This document shows, piece by piece, positions 23,003 through 42,358 of a stretch of DNA of 64,000 nucleotides. A program made the position numbers and the translations under genes. The stretch comes from Hormiphora californensis. Taxonomy: Eukaryota > Animalia > Ctenophora. Numbering within the stretch: position 1 is the first letter of the stretch; each line of letters starts with the position of its first letter. The DNA lies in NCBI GenBank assembly GCA_020137815.1, contig CM035353.1:5642001-5706000 (forward strand), written 5' to 3'. The notes under the pieces were generated by a model. That model was not told where the DNA came from and did no database searches. It saw only the letters and a list, made by a program, of their open reading frames with translations.

Positions 23003-26000
23003 TCAAAGTGCACTTGTAACAGTTGTTAAATTACCATTCAACCGACCTCCGTACTTGGGTTTCTTACGGGCCTTCTCAACCCGTTTCCGGCTCCGTAGAT
23101 AGTACAAAATAGGATTTCCCGTGCTGTTCACAGTAATTGTATAAGTGTTTATTAAAAAGAATATGTAGTAGAAACAACTCCGACCGTTCTCTGTTGTGGG
23201 GTAGATGTTCCACGGAATTAGACCTGACGTAGGGAGACTCATGGTTAGAGAAAAATAACGTTAAATATGCATGGTTTAGTCTTCCAATATAAAATTGCTA
23301 TGAATTGTAGCATAGTAATGCGGTGTTACGTCAATCCCAATAAACTGCCTGAGAAATATTGATTCCCCCAAGATCTCTGATCTCTCTCTACCGAACCCTT
23401 TGAGAGAAATAAAATGCACGAGCTGCACCAAATTCCTACCTATATTCTTGAAAAGAAAGAGGAATCTCATCACCCCACTTGGCATGTAACAAAGTGCGAA
23501 TAGAACGACAATGTAGAGGGTCGTCTTCGATGCGCCCCTTCTCAGAGAACTCTTGCTTTTGTTCAAACCTAGTCCGGAGAGGGGATTAGATCATAAAGTC
23601 GAATGAAATATTGCAAGTACAGTCGGACCCCGATTTAGGGACACCCTCGGGGGAAAGGGTCTTGTCCACTAAATTGGGGTGTCCACTAAATCGGGGTGAG
23701 CCATATTTGGCCCATAAAAACCTATTTTATGCCCAAAATACTATCATACTATTATTAAAGCAAATAGGGAAATCCCATGTCCCGTTTTTTTTACCAAATA
23801 TGGCAAATAGTGTCACGCAAAAATTCCTGGAAATGGCCTTTTGCACGTGTTGTCCCTAAAGGGACCTTGGCAACCTGCCAGCTTGAGCCTTAAACTGCAC
23901 GTGCATCCTTGATTCATCTCTCTGCCGGTTGTGTGATTGATCGTTTGCTCGATTTGATCTGTTCACCACGTTTCGTGAACATGACTACTCAACTTCAACA
24001 CAATCGCCAGCGAGTTTGGAGGAGCTATATGTCCCAAACTGGCGCTGACACCTATAGACTACGTGATAGAATCCTACAAAAGAGGTGATTATTTAAATTC
24101 AAAAAATGTTGTCAACACACGTAATAACAAAGTATCAATGGCACTAATAAGAAATGACAGTAATACGTGAAAGTATTTTGTAAATGTGCTCCTTCATAAA
24201 ATACAACAGGACCTGGCAAAAGAGGACCCGTGGATTTTCTGTCGAAAGAATCCCTGTGGTTAATTTACCTGATAAATTTACTGATTTTAAAAATTTCAAA
24301 TGAAACTACACTATTTGCTTAGTTTACTGTATGACCATCCCCGACATTCGCCCGTAGGGCGAGCGGGTTTACTAGTATTATTAAGACTAAAGACACCTCT
24401 AACTGTTATATGCAATATTCATGTATTGATGACATCATCATTTCTGATTAGAAATAGAAAAATTAAATAGTTTTTTGGGGAAAAAAATCCTGTCCCTAAA
24501 TCGGGGTGCCACTAAATCGGGGGCCCCTAAATCGGGGTCTGACTGTACATATAAACAGTTTTTTTGGTCTAATATATTAATATTATACATTATATATGCC
24601 GTGGTTGGTAACGAAATAGCGAAGGTCGCGAGGAGGGGTCATTTCGTAACCAAATGCCGTGGACTGTGTCACATGTATAAATTAGGACAATAATTGGGAC
24701 ACTGGGACAGATTGATAACTATCTGAGTACCCCAGGAACCGACCGAATCAGGAAATACTGGTCCCCGATTGGCTGATAACCAGTCACGTGACCTAAATAG
24801 CGAGCTCTGATTGGTTCGGTCGGTTCCTGGAGTACCCATTATGGTGTCGTTATGAAATATTACCTGACTGTCGGAGCTTGTATAGCATTACACATAGTAG
24901 AGCAACGACAAGGAATAGTGGCAAGTCAATACACAGGAGTGGCATAGCGGTTAGTAGCTGTGGGGAGAGGGATCGATAGTTGACACAATGACACAGATGC
25001 ATTTGATTTGATAAGAATTAAGAGCGGTTGCCTTGGGCACGAGGGTCATAATCACTAATTAGTGATACTATAATAGCACCGCTAGTGAGGGTCGTGGCTG
25101 ATTGTGGAGGTGGGGGTGGTTGGGGGCCGGGGTGACTGGTTGTAGAGGTGGGGGTGGTTGGGGGCCGGGGTGGCTGATTGTAGAGGTGGGGGTGGTTGGG
25201 GGCCGGGGTGGCTGGTTGTGGAGGTGGTTGGGGGCCGGTGATGGTTGTAGAGGTGGGGGTGGTTGGGTGCCGGGGTGGCTGATTGTAGAGGTGGGGGTGG
25301 TTGGGGCCGGGGTGGCTGGTTGTGGAGGTGGGGGTGGTTGGGGGCCGGTGTGTGTGTGTGTTTTGCACCGCCCGTCATTCCTCCCACTTTACTGCCCCAC
25401 AATGGTCGGCAGACAACCTATATTAATATCACTCTTCGCCACCGTCCCCCACACGTAGGGATAATGTTGATGTTGTTCCGGTTTGGGTCCTGGTATTTTG
25501 TCGAGCAAGCTCAACATTTCCCTCGAACCTTCGCCGGCATCACAAGAAGAGTATTTGATACAGTGAATCTAATAGTAGACTGACATACCTATATTGTCAG
25601 GACAATGGATGGAATTTACCTGTCTCACAGACTGGTCTCTGGTTACTACTGCTCCAAGGAGCTGTAGAGGTAGGTGGGTTGCCGGATATGACAATACCGT
25701 GGGTTCACCATCTAATCGGTGACGGCTGAAATATCTTATCACACCTCAGGTCTTGGGTCAAAACCGCTAGCAGTACTTATCAGCATGCAACCTGGGGGTC
25801 CGGACAGCTAATTTCTTAGCAAGCACAGATAAGCATGAAAACGCTTATGTAAACTTCTGGTGAGCATTTGGCAAATTATCGACTCCCAGGGGTTGCACTA
25901 TTGCGGGGTAATTACTTGCCATACGGCGGAGGTGGCCATTTGTTATAGCCCAGACCTGCCCTGCCACTCTTGGGTCCCTTATTGCGTTGTTATAGAAGAA

Positions 26001-29000
26001 AAATCCCCCATAAGTAGCGTTGCCCTATAGTTTGCCACTTGTTCCAGGTCGGGATAGTTAGGGATGGTTTAATCGAATAGGTTACTTTTGGCTATTAGTT
26101 TGGAGAATTTTACCAAATCAAGTGTGATGCTTGATCTGTTTGTTAGTGAGGAGGATTGTTCTAGATATATTGCAAAGGTAGTATGTGGTAAAAATTTGGG
26201 CAGAGGTTCCCCAGGGGAATAACCCCTATTTTTGCGAGAGAAGGTAACCTCCGTCCGACCAATATGGGATGTTGGACAGGAGGGCTGTTTTAAAGGCTAC
26301 AGCTGCCGGGTGATTACAAATCATGGGTTGCCATAATTGAGGGAGGCTAGTTCTCTGGCGTAGACTTTACCCCCATAATTAAATGGGAGACAGCCGAAGG
26401 GTCATCAGGCATGCCTAGTAGGCAGAGGCCCTCGGTGATTACAAATCATGGGTTGCCATGTGTAACAAGGTTACTGGCTGGGGTGAGATTATCAGTTCAA
26501 CCGGGATCCCCACTAAGACTCAGCCCGACGACCGACCGACAAACGATCGATCAACGACTGATATCAATCGTCAACCAACCGCTCATCAATCGACCGCCGA
26601 ACCAAATCCCAGCAGGGACCAGCCGCACTGCAAGAGCTCGGTGCCATAGTTGAGTTCGGCAAGGTCTCTGGCAAAGTTTACTCCCTAAGATTGGGGAGAG
26701 AGCCGGTGTGATTTGACCGTAATCACTGGACCATCAGCCAACCAGGTCCACGGCAACGGGACTGAGCTCGAAGAACTCAGCTGGCACGAAGAACCTGAGT
26801 TCCCCCCGCTGTGGGGGCCGGTGATATGGTTGTGGAGGACGATTACTTTAAAGGGGGAGGGGAGTCCCTTAGTTGCAGCGGAGTGCTGTTCACAGGAATG
26901 GAAATTGCTTTGGGAAATTCTAGTAAGTTTCCTAGTGGCAGAGGGAAATTTAGGAGGGCAGTTAGAGACAGTTATCCAACTTGAATTATGCAATAGACAA
27001 CAGTGATATTTTAGCTGTCAGTGCCACTCCTCAAAAAAGTTAAATTGAAGTATTATATTATGTCTGGTTTCAACATTGAAATGGTTAGTTTTACAGAGGA
27101 ATTTTATATGCCAAGCTGAACTAGAAAGAATACCTTTTCAAAGCGTTCGTGGATGCCAAGGAAGCGGTAGGAGACGGAGAATGTAATGGAGGTGGTTTCG
27201 TTGTGATAGAAGTAGTGGCGCCCAAAGTAGAATGGAAAGGCACAGTAGAGGAATCCTAGAATCCAGAACAAAATGCTCACCTTTATCAGATTCTGAAAGG
27301 GGGTCCGGGGTACATTATCTTAGCATGATATTGTAGATTCTGAAAGGGGGTCCGGGGTACATTATATTAGCATGATATTGTAGATTTTACCTAAAAATGA
27401 AGAACTAGAGTGAGCATTCGTCGAACCCTCAAAGAGTGAGCCACACAAGATGATGGCATGGGCATAATATCGAAAACACGTGTAGAACTGCATTTTATCG
27501 GGTATCCGGGGGGGGGGGGGGGGGGGGGAGTATATGGTCATTTTTTTTTTAACTTGTGCAACTACCAAATTTTTTCAAATGATCATAGCAAAATAGCTGT
27601 GGCCACTGGAAATTTACTCAGCACCTCAAAAAATCGAGAAATATTTAAAGTTCAATTTAGTGAAAGAACGAAGTCTCTAGCTTACTCCAGTGAGGTGCTA
27701 TAGCATTTCTACGCCGTGAGGTGCTATCGTGAGGTGCCCCCGATTTGTAGAAATACCGTTTGATCAAAAATCTCCAAACTTTCAGAAATGGTGGGGATAT
27801 TTCTCACTCATCAGATGAGGTGAAAACCATGGAAAAATTTACTCATTTGGTGAGGTGCAGGCCGATTTTAGAGCTAAAAGTTTACTCACTAGGGGTCAAA
27901 TGAGTAAATAAAGAATTGAAACTTGGCATAAAGCAAGATTAGACAATTTCCCTCCTGATTTACCGAAAATTTGCTCTAAAAATTACTCAGCGAGTGAGGT
28001 GCAGACCCTCAAAAAATGACATATTTTACCTACTTCTCCAGTGCACCTCACAGGTTGAGCAATGACCTTGGAATCGATTAGGTAGTGTTTGGGGATGTCA
28101 TATGAGCAAATTAAGGCCACTTTTAGAACTATATACTCACTGAGTGAGGTGCAATTAGCGTTTGAAGAAAATACAGTTTTTTGGGTGCACCTCACTCATT
28201 GAGCAAAATTTTTGGAACTTTTTTGGTACAAATGATGGTTTTGAGTCTACTGCAAGTATCTAGCTAGGAAAAGTCGTGAAACGTGAGGTGCTATGGGCTT
28301 AAAAGTAGCTGTAAGTATACAGTGTAACTTTAAACACCGGTTGCACCTCATAGATTGAGTAAGTTTGCTTACATATTTTAAAGGTGTTTATATTGGACAT
28401 TTTTCAGCATATTTTCGAAAATTTTAGGAAAAAATATCAAAATTTGACGGAATGGCACACGCTTTTGCAAACATGGTCACCGGCACCTCACGAGATGAGT
28501 TTTTAATTTATTTTGCCTGTAAATCTATTCCCTATACACTTTTACACATAATATTCGTTGGAAAATAATATTTTTTGACAAAAACTATGATAAAAGTCGA
28601 AAAAACTGAACTTATGTCATTTTCGGAAAAAATTTTGCACAAGTTAAAAAAAAAAATGACCATATGCTACCTGGAAGGTGATGTAGTTTTTGTATTTCAG
28701 GGGCCTTGCTACTCCGATTATTCGAGCTCCACATATGATGAGGATTAGGTAAAGGGACATGACAGGCATTAGGGTGCACAAGAACCCCAGTAGATTTTGT
28801 AGGACCAAACTCAAGGAGAGATCGTTAAATCGTCCTTTTACAAACATAAACGCTGAAAATGAGGAAGTTTTAAATCGATCGATTCTAGCTGTAAAATGAA
28901 TGTAAAATGAATTTTTCCCTTAACATCTTACATCACAATGGCAATTGAGGTGTACTTCAACCCTATCTAGACATTGGATTTGGTGAAAAGATATTCTGAG

Positions 29001-29332
29001 AGGTTTCATGATGCATACATCACAATGACAAATACAAGAGCTAATAATAGTACCTGAGAATGGAGCCACAATGAGACAGTATATAAAGTCAGTCAATGCC
29101 AGTTGGCACAGAAGGGTAAACTGAAGGATCTTCTTACGGTCTGATCGGACCAGATTAATCCACATCCAAATATTACCAATTACCCTGGGAACATTAAATA
29201 TTACTAATTACCCTGTAAACATGTGATTGGGGGCTGTAGGTACATTTATAGCAACATATAGTTGGTTTCTTACCCGACGATGCAGATGAGAAAGAGAGAG
29301 AACCCAATGAGAATATCAACAGCTTGATTCAT
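23003..29332 (-). CDS. Rhodopsin-class (class A) GPCR, 7 exons, very short N-terminus
   Basis: Exons ~29332-29274, 29185-29054, 28853-28671, 27292-27134, 24957-24864, 23568-23440, 23223-23003; TM1 GVIGN, TM2 LALTD, TM3 ARIIGVARPLKY, TM4 FWILGFLYCAFP, TM5 DLPLFLV, TM6 FALCYMP, TM7 NSTGNPILY; all junction phases match. Confidence 0.88.
23620..24545. mobile_element. pogo-like MITE (TA TSD) interrupted by a Helitron
   Basis: TA|CAGTCGGACCCCGATTTA ... TAAATCGGGGTCTGACTG|TA. Confidence 0.82.
23744..24375 (+). mobile_element. Non-autonomous Helitron
   Basis: A|TCATACTATTATTAAAG 5' end; hairpin TCGCCC-GTA-GGGCGA (24348-24362) 9 nt before CTAG|T; no TSD. Confidence 0.72.
24733..24829. mobile_element. 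hAT-like MITE, 8-bp TSD GAGTACCC
   Basis: CAGGAACCGACCGA TIRs; TSD at 24725-24732 and 24830-24837. Confidence 0.9.
25095..25350. repeat. G-rich minisatellite, ~39-bp unit GGTGGTTGGGGGCCGGGGTGGCTGATTGTAGAGGTGGG
   Basis: About 7 degenerate tandem copies in a GPCR intron. Confidence 0.9.
27536..28661. mobile_element. Non-autonomous DNA transposon, TIR GGTCA(T)nAACTTGTGCAA, flanked by ATAT (or TA)
   Basis: ~27-bp TIRs at both ends; many internal GTGAGGTGC/GCACCTCAC motifs; inserted within ~10 nt of a GPCR splice donor. Confidence 0.8.
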
Positions 29333-29551
29333 ACTAGAGCTAAAAACAGAAGGTGCATGGGTGATTATCACAACTCTGTAATGGGAGAAAATAATGCTGG
29401 GGAGAGAAATACTTGGGGAGAGAATTTTTGGGACAGGGAAATTAAGGGAAGTGAGGGATAACTGTTTTTTACCTATCCGGTTTCAGTGAATTTAGTTCAA
29501 ACTATCTCCTGCGTCTGAGTTACGTAACAGCAAATTACACGCACCTACAAC

Positions 29552-29730
<179 letters not shown>

Positions 29731-30698
29731 ACTACATTCCTCCACCTCCAAAAGTCTCCACAACACTGTATCTCCAGCTGTCTGTGCTTTGTCTGCTTTG
29801 CACCTTGTTTTATATTACCGGCCTCAAGTTAGGGACAGCACTAATTGGGATGATCTCAATTGTATAAGGAGGCAGACAGCACCCTGGCCGGGGTGGTGGG
29901 GGGGGGGGGGGGTGTTTGGGGGGCTGGTCCTCATTGGTAACTTTTCAGCTGCAACTGAACAATGTGTCTGTCGCTCGAGCAAACGATCAATTGCAAGCCG
30001 TAGGATGGCAGGGACCACTAGTTAAACTGTAAACCATTACCCAATTATTATAGAGGTATAATGAGAATCAGAAGGGGACCCTCCGTACCGCGGATATTTA
30101 ATGACCCTGTACCTCCACCTGCAGTGACAGTTAGCAGCCGCTGCAAAAACTCTGATGATGCAGCATGCCGTATCCAGGTACATTCCAAATAAATTGAACA
30201 TAGTGGATAGTTGAAATCATAATATAAGCTTAATGAGTCTATTGAATAAGCCCGTGAAGTAGCAGGACATTTTGGAGAGTGTTTATGTCAATCTAGGGCA
30301 TGTCCAGAATCCTGATTACAGTTGTCGAGTAAGGGGTCTCTCACCCCTTACTCAACAAGATTACAGTCCACAGATACGAGTATACATAAAATTCTGGCTA
30401 AAAAAAGTAAAATTGGTCGAAAAGACTTTTAACAATTCCAATGGATAAGACGGTGCAATGGGCATGGCAAGTTAGTTGTTTCAAATTCCGAAGTTCAACT
30501 GAAAGAGTGTTTTATACAAAAACGGCCGTATAACGCGTTATTTTTTCTCAGCTTATATTTTATATATTTACTGCTTGCAATTGACTGGAACATTCCAGTC
30601 TATAAACGATAATTGGTGGTGTCAAGCCAAAAATAGCATGTACGATTTAACCACTCCAGGGGTGTTTTAGTGAGGGAGTGTTGGTATTTGACGGTTAA

Positions 30699-31693
30699 GG
30701 CCAGAGGGGGGGGGGGTCGACGGGTTTTTTGGGGTGTTTTTTGAGGTATACGTTATATGAAAGCGCTGGGCAAGGCGGATCGATTAGAACAGACGTCATC
30801 GATGTTGCGCGCACCGTTTGGCCAAAATTTGGGGGTTAACATTTGGCCTATAATGGATGTTAACCCCTATAAATCAGGATTGGTGGGGTCTAGAACATCC
30901 ATCATTGTACCAAAGGCTTCGTCTTGTCTTGATACAACTTCCTGAAAAGTTTTATGTCGTTACTCCAACTACTTCTTGATTTTTTAGGGGTTTACAAAAT
31001 ATGCGGAAAAAGCCCTTTTTGCCTCTAATTTTGCTCTTTTTTGGGACATCCTGCCTAACTTCCTGAAATAACGGCTAGGACTCAGACCTTGCCGTTTGGC
31101 ATAGTTGTTCTAGAGACCGTGTTCTTCAAATTTGGTGTAGCGATTTTTGATTAAGGCCCCCGTTCAAAAATTATAGGGGTTTACATAAAATTTTCATGGA
31201 CAAAACAAATGTTAACCCCTATAATTTTTGAACGGGGGCCTTAATCAAAAATCGCTACACCAAATTTGAAGAACACGGTCTCTAGAACAACTATGCCAAA
31301 CGGCAAGGTCTGAGTCCTAGCCGTTATTTCAGGAAGTTAGGCAGGATGTCCCAAAAAAGAGCAAAATTAGAGGCAAAAAGGGCTTTTTCCGCATATTTTG
31401 TAAACCCCCAAAAAATCAAGAAGTAGTTGGAGTAACGACATAAAACTTTTCAGGAAGTTGTATCAAGACAAGACAAAGCCTTTGGTACAATGATGGATGT
31501 TCTAGACCCCACCAATCCTGATTTATAGGGGTTAACATCCATTATAGGCCAAATGTTAACCCCCAAATTTTGGCCAAACGGTGCGCGCAACATCGATGAC
31601 GTCTGTTCTAATCGATCCGCCTTGCCCAGCGCTTTCATATAACGTATACCTCAAAAAACACCCCAAAAAACCCGTCGACCCCCCCCTCTGGCC
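30699..31693. mobile_element. ~1-kb foldback element, TTAA TSD, GG..CC termini (Kolobok-like, non-autonomous)
   Basis: TTAA|GGCCAGAG(G)n ... (C)nTCTGGCC|TTAA; two ~490-bp near-perfect inverted arms around a ~22-nt spacer at ~31187-31208. Confidence 0.9.
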
Positions 31694-31890
31694 TTAAATG
31701 GTATTCCAACAGCTATAGTAGCTAGTGACTATAATATAAATGATGATGATATAAGTGCTATAGAAGTGTATCTTCTGGGGGCATTGGTCTGACATAGAGT
31801 TATATGCTAATTGTCTTAACTTTTATTTGCTAATTAGGGACAGTAATAGTCGTTAGATGGGCTCAATGTTAATCAATATCTGTTACACAG

Positions 31891-33325
31891 AATATTCTGA
31901 AGCCAAAAGACGCCAAACGACAAAACAAACATGGGAGTATGGTGAGAGAGGAAGATTTGAAAAGGTAAAATAGGAGACAAAAATGAAGAGGCATAGTGAA
32001 TATAAATGAAGTCTGGCCATAGGATGAGTGCTGCAGGTAACATGGGCCTTTTGCAGATATATATCACTGACAGGTGCTATCTTTACAGGAATACAGCTGG
32101 AGACATTGTCAATGAGTTTGAAATGGTACTATTCCGGGATAAGGATGGGGAAGAAGGTCTCAAGTGCTCACGAGTACGTACAGTGTACATCTACGAGAAA
32201 TTGTCTTAGAAACACGTAATAAATATATAATTTGTAAAGACTTTTTTTATACTAAACGACTGTTAAACAAAATAAATGCCAACTTTCAGATTTTAAAAAC
32301 AGCTCGTATGGAGGTCAAACTCCAGAAGGAAATTATAATTGAAGTCGTACTCAACACCTCTAAGGTCAGTTGAACTGTCAAAAAACTGATATATTGCGAG
32401 TAAGATAAGGGTATTTCAATTAAACGTACTGACCCACAATTTCTAGGTGGCACAAGAGACTTTGCAGGATTTGTACGAGCTGACTGGATACACCTCCCTA
32501 CCCCAAGTGTTCATTTGCCAAAGATTTGTTGGTTAGTGCGGCCTAATATAGTTCGTTTCTACTAGAGGTACATAATATGACAGATTGCTAAAACGTTCAC
32601 ACAAATTTGGGGATTGAGAATTCCTGGAATATAACGTTTTTATGTTGAGGATATCTGGAGTACGTAATCATGCGTAATAACTGTTTCAGTAAACGTGGGA
32701 CTTGTCACCCAAATATGTATTTCGGAAATCCTCAATCCCCAACTATTGATAAATATAGAACATAAGATACTTTTCAAATGTAAATCACACAATTCAGAGA
32801 CACCACAGCAAGATAGAACACCCCTAACTTGTTTAGTTTCTTGATAAAGGAGAAATTATTTTTGTTTTTGGATATTCTTTTGTTGGCATTACGGTGTACT
32901 TTAACGAAAGTCATGTGCGTTTAGGTGGCTACTGCAAGGGGCTCAAGTCTCTCCACGAGCAAGGATTGGTGGAGATGCAACTAAGGGTCCTGGCACGAAA
33001 AATCGGTAAGAAAGTGTTATACAGATCATGTTTTTTCCTCACTCAACATTTCAAAAAATTATGCCAAAAATTTCAATTTTCACCAACCATCTGTTACTGT
33101 AACAGATTATCAGATGGTTAGTAAAAATTGAAATTGTTGGCAGCAATTACTGTAACAGCGGTTATATCTAATATAGGAGCCCCACACCCCGCTGTGTCCT
33201 ACTCCAAGGATAAAAAGGAAGAAAAGCCTAAGAAGAAACTCCAATTCAAATGGATCAGACTGGCAGAGGCAGATGCCCGAAGGGACGCAGAGAAGAAGAA
33301 GAGCAAACACCAATCAATTAACTAA
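31891..33325 (+). CDS. Glutaredoxin-fold cluster gene G1 (5' exons unresolved, possibly ~30062-30470)
   Basis: Exons ~31891-31963, 32074-32173, 32290-32364, 32447-32531, 32925-33004, 33176-33325 give NTAGDIVNEFEMVLF..KCSRILK..LQDLYELTGYTSLPQVFICQRFVGG..LKSLHEQG. Confidence 0.7.
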
Positions 33326-34200
33326 TTAAATTTAAACAGCCCTCTAAGATTATAAGGGTTTTTAAACTCCGATCATAGTGGCATTCATTATTGGTCGATA
33401 GTTGTTTTGTCTACGCTTTATAAAGGATTTCAGAAAAGTTGTAAAACATAATAATATATTATTATTATATTATGTTGGAGCTATTGACCAATCTAGATAA
33501 AAGAGTTTGCACACCCTGTACCATATATACTATGCCACATGAGTCATGAGAAGAACAGCTTGATCTAGGATTGCCTTGTAGTGAGTAAGTGAGAGCAGCA
33601 AGTTTGTTAGGGATATGTTAGGGATATGTTACCTTGTGATAAATGCAGCGGCGGCCAAATGAGATTGCTACAGTGTTACCGCACCAACCCCATGAGTAAT
33701 GGCCACGGACACAATCACATTTTAATGCTATAATATAATGGTCACTTTTTATACCCCCGAAACCCCCCACCCCCTGGCCTTAAGCCAAGGACATCATCTT
33801 ATTGATCATTCTCGCTGAAAAGAATGATTGAGAATACAGATCCCCACCACTTTTCTAATGAGACACAACAACCCCACTGCTGCAGATCCATTAGCACAGA
33901 ACAGATCTAGACAATCTGTTACGCAAGATTGTAATTGTTCACTCATTAATTATAAAGCTCGCTCCAAACATCACACCTTTATATTATACCAACAACTTTC
34001 CACGAATCTGCGAATCAATCATCTGAATTGACTCGTCAATTCTAACAAGTGTATGACATGTTTTGCAGATGAACTATTGAACTTTCTAGATGAATAGATG
34101 CAACTATTCCCCCAACTATTCAATATTCATCAAACAAAAACAAAATTAACACCAAAATTTACCGGTAACTAGAGTCTACAAACAGTTGTTATTACATAGT

Positions 34201-40590
<6,390 letters not shown>

Positions 40591-41179
40591 GGTAGGAATA
40601 CTATAGGGGGAACGGGTCATAAATCTATACTTTCATACCCTTTATTATCGATGTTGGTATATTGGATCCTAGGGACTAGGCAACGACTAGGTAGCTTCAT
40701 ACCACGTCTCATAAAACCAGATGGCATGGTATGCAATATGGATGGCATGACGTCGCTATTATATATGGGCCAAATAGTGGGGGGGGGGGGCGTCAAATAG
40801 TGAGGGGGGGGGGGTCAAATAGTGGGAGGGGCGTCAAATTGAATCTCCAAGATAAGGTCAATCCTTTATGAAGGAGTTAATAAAATCGAATTGAGCATTA
40901 CGTCTTACAAGCAAAATATAGAATACTGATCTGTGGCCCATTCTGTGCCATAAGGAAACCTAACATATATCATGTATTTACACAAAGTGTACAATAGTCT
41001 TTATTATAACAGTAGTTACTACAATTATACCTCTCTTATAAGGGCGGCTCCAATTGCAGTAATTTACCATGGTCTCCACTGCACTCTCCACATGGTCTAT
41101 TTAATGCCCTCCACTGCACATGTGGATATGTTTGCAGGCCCCGTCACAGAACGTCAGGGCAGCACCACACTTTCCACCC

Positions 41180-41465
41180 CCCTGTTTCTTGTCCTGGAAA
41201 GGAGGGGAGATATAATTAAGATTAGGGGATATTACAGGGTGTTACACTGTGACCTCCCTGATTATTGTCCTGGAAAGAAGGGGAGATATTACATTATATA
41301 CACTGTGACCTCCCTGTTTCTTGTCCTGGAAAGAAGGGGAGAGGGGGAACTACAGCCGGGGAGATACAGGGGAGATATAACAGGGAACTAGAGGGGAGAT
41401 ACAGGGGAGATACAACAGGGAACTAGAGGGAAGATACAGGGGGATATAACAGATGATAGAACTAG
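41180..41465. repeat. Short tandem and direct repeats (CCCTGTTTCTTGTCCTGGAAAG; GGGGAGATACAGGGGAGATATAACAGGGAACTAGA)
   Basis: About 3 copies of each motif. Confidence 0.7.
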
Positions 41466-42358
41466 AAGGTATAGATAGTCCGACACAGTAATTATAGCTG
41501 GAGTAATGATAGCTGGAGTAATGATAGTCTGGTTTGGTGTTGCAACATGTTGTAATGATTGCTGGTTACGTTAGTGGTGTTGTAATACCCCCCATCTTGG
41601 TTCCAGGAATGTGTTATATGGTAGCTTAAGCAGTTACAGAGTTAAATAGACCATGTCAAAAGTCAGTTCACTCAGAGTCCACCTTGCCTAAGGTGATTCA
41701 AAGTTGACATTAATGGTTTTAGTCTGCGTATGGCAAGTGAGAGTGTCTCCAACTCGCGCACATTACGGATAGTGACAGCCCTAAGGGAGGTCAGGGCTAC
41801 GTACTCATTTTCCCTTCCTGCCTTCTTGACCTCTAACCTCAAAGGTGCGAGGATTTCACTAAAGATTTAATTCAGGAAAAAGAGGAGAGAAGTGAGAACA
41901 TCCACGATTATTGCCTGTCATACAGTCTAACCAAATCACGCTAAACTACCATCGTAGATATCTAAAAAGGTCGTATTAAATAGGACCGATTCCGTTTTAT
42001 GAAAGAACAATATGATGAACAGGAATTAAACATTGGGTGACTCATAGCGGGAAGTACGGTGGTACTTAGCATAGGAAAAACTAGATGATTATATCATGGC
42101 CCCGGATGTACAGCTGCCTTGCTGGAGAAAAGATAAGGTTGTTTGGTGTGCAAACTTCTTTATGGTGATGATTGCTGCTTTTAGAGTGTGTGTAACCCCT
42201 CATGGTTCGCGGGGACGGGGCATTAAACTTGCAAGTGATATGTCGGGGGGGGGTGGGGGACATGTAATTTAACTGTTAGATAATCGAGAATAACAGTGTT
42301 CAAGACAGATAAAAAAGTAAACCAGCAGCAACTGTCAGATGTATGCCTACTAAATCCC

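Noticed and set aside
27391-27487. Possible extra GPCR exon (FYTCFRYYAHAIILCG...) with AG/GT borders on the minus strand
   Set aside because: It is 97 nt and breaks the frame with either downstream acceptor; the 7TM is complete without it.
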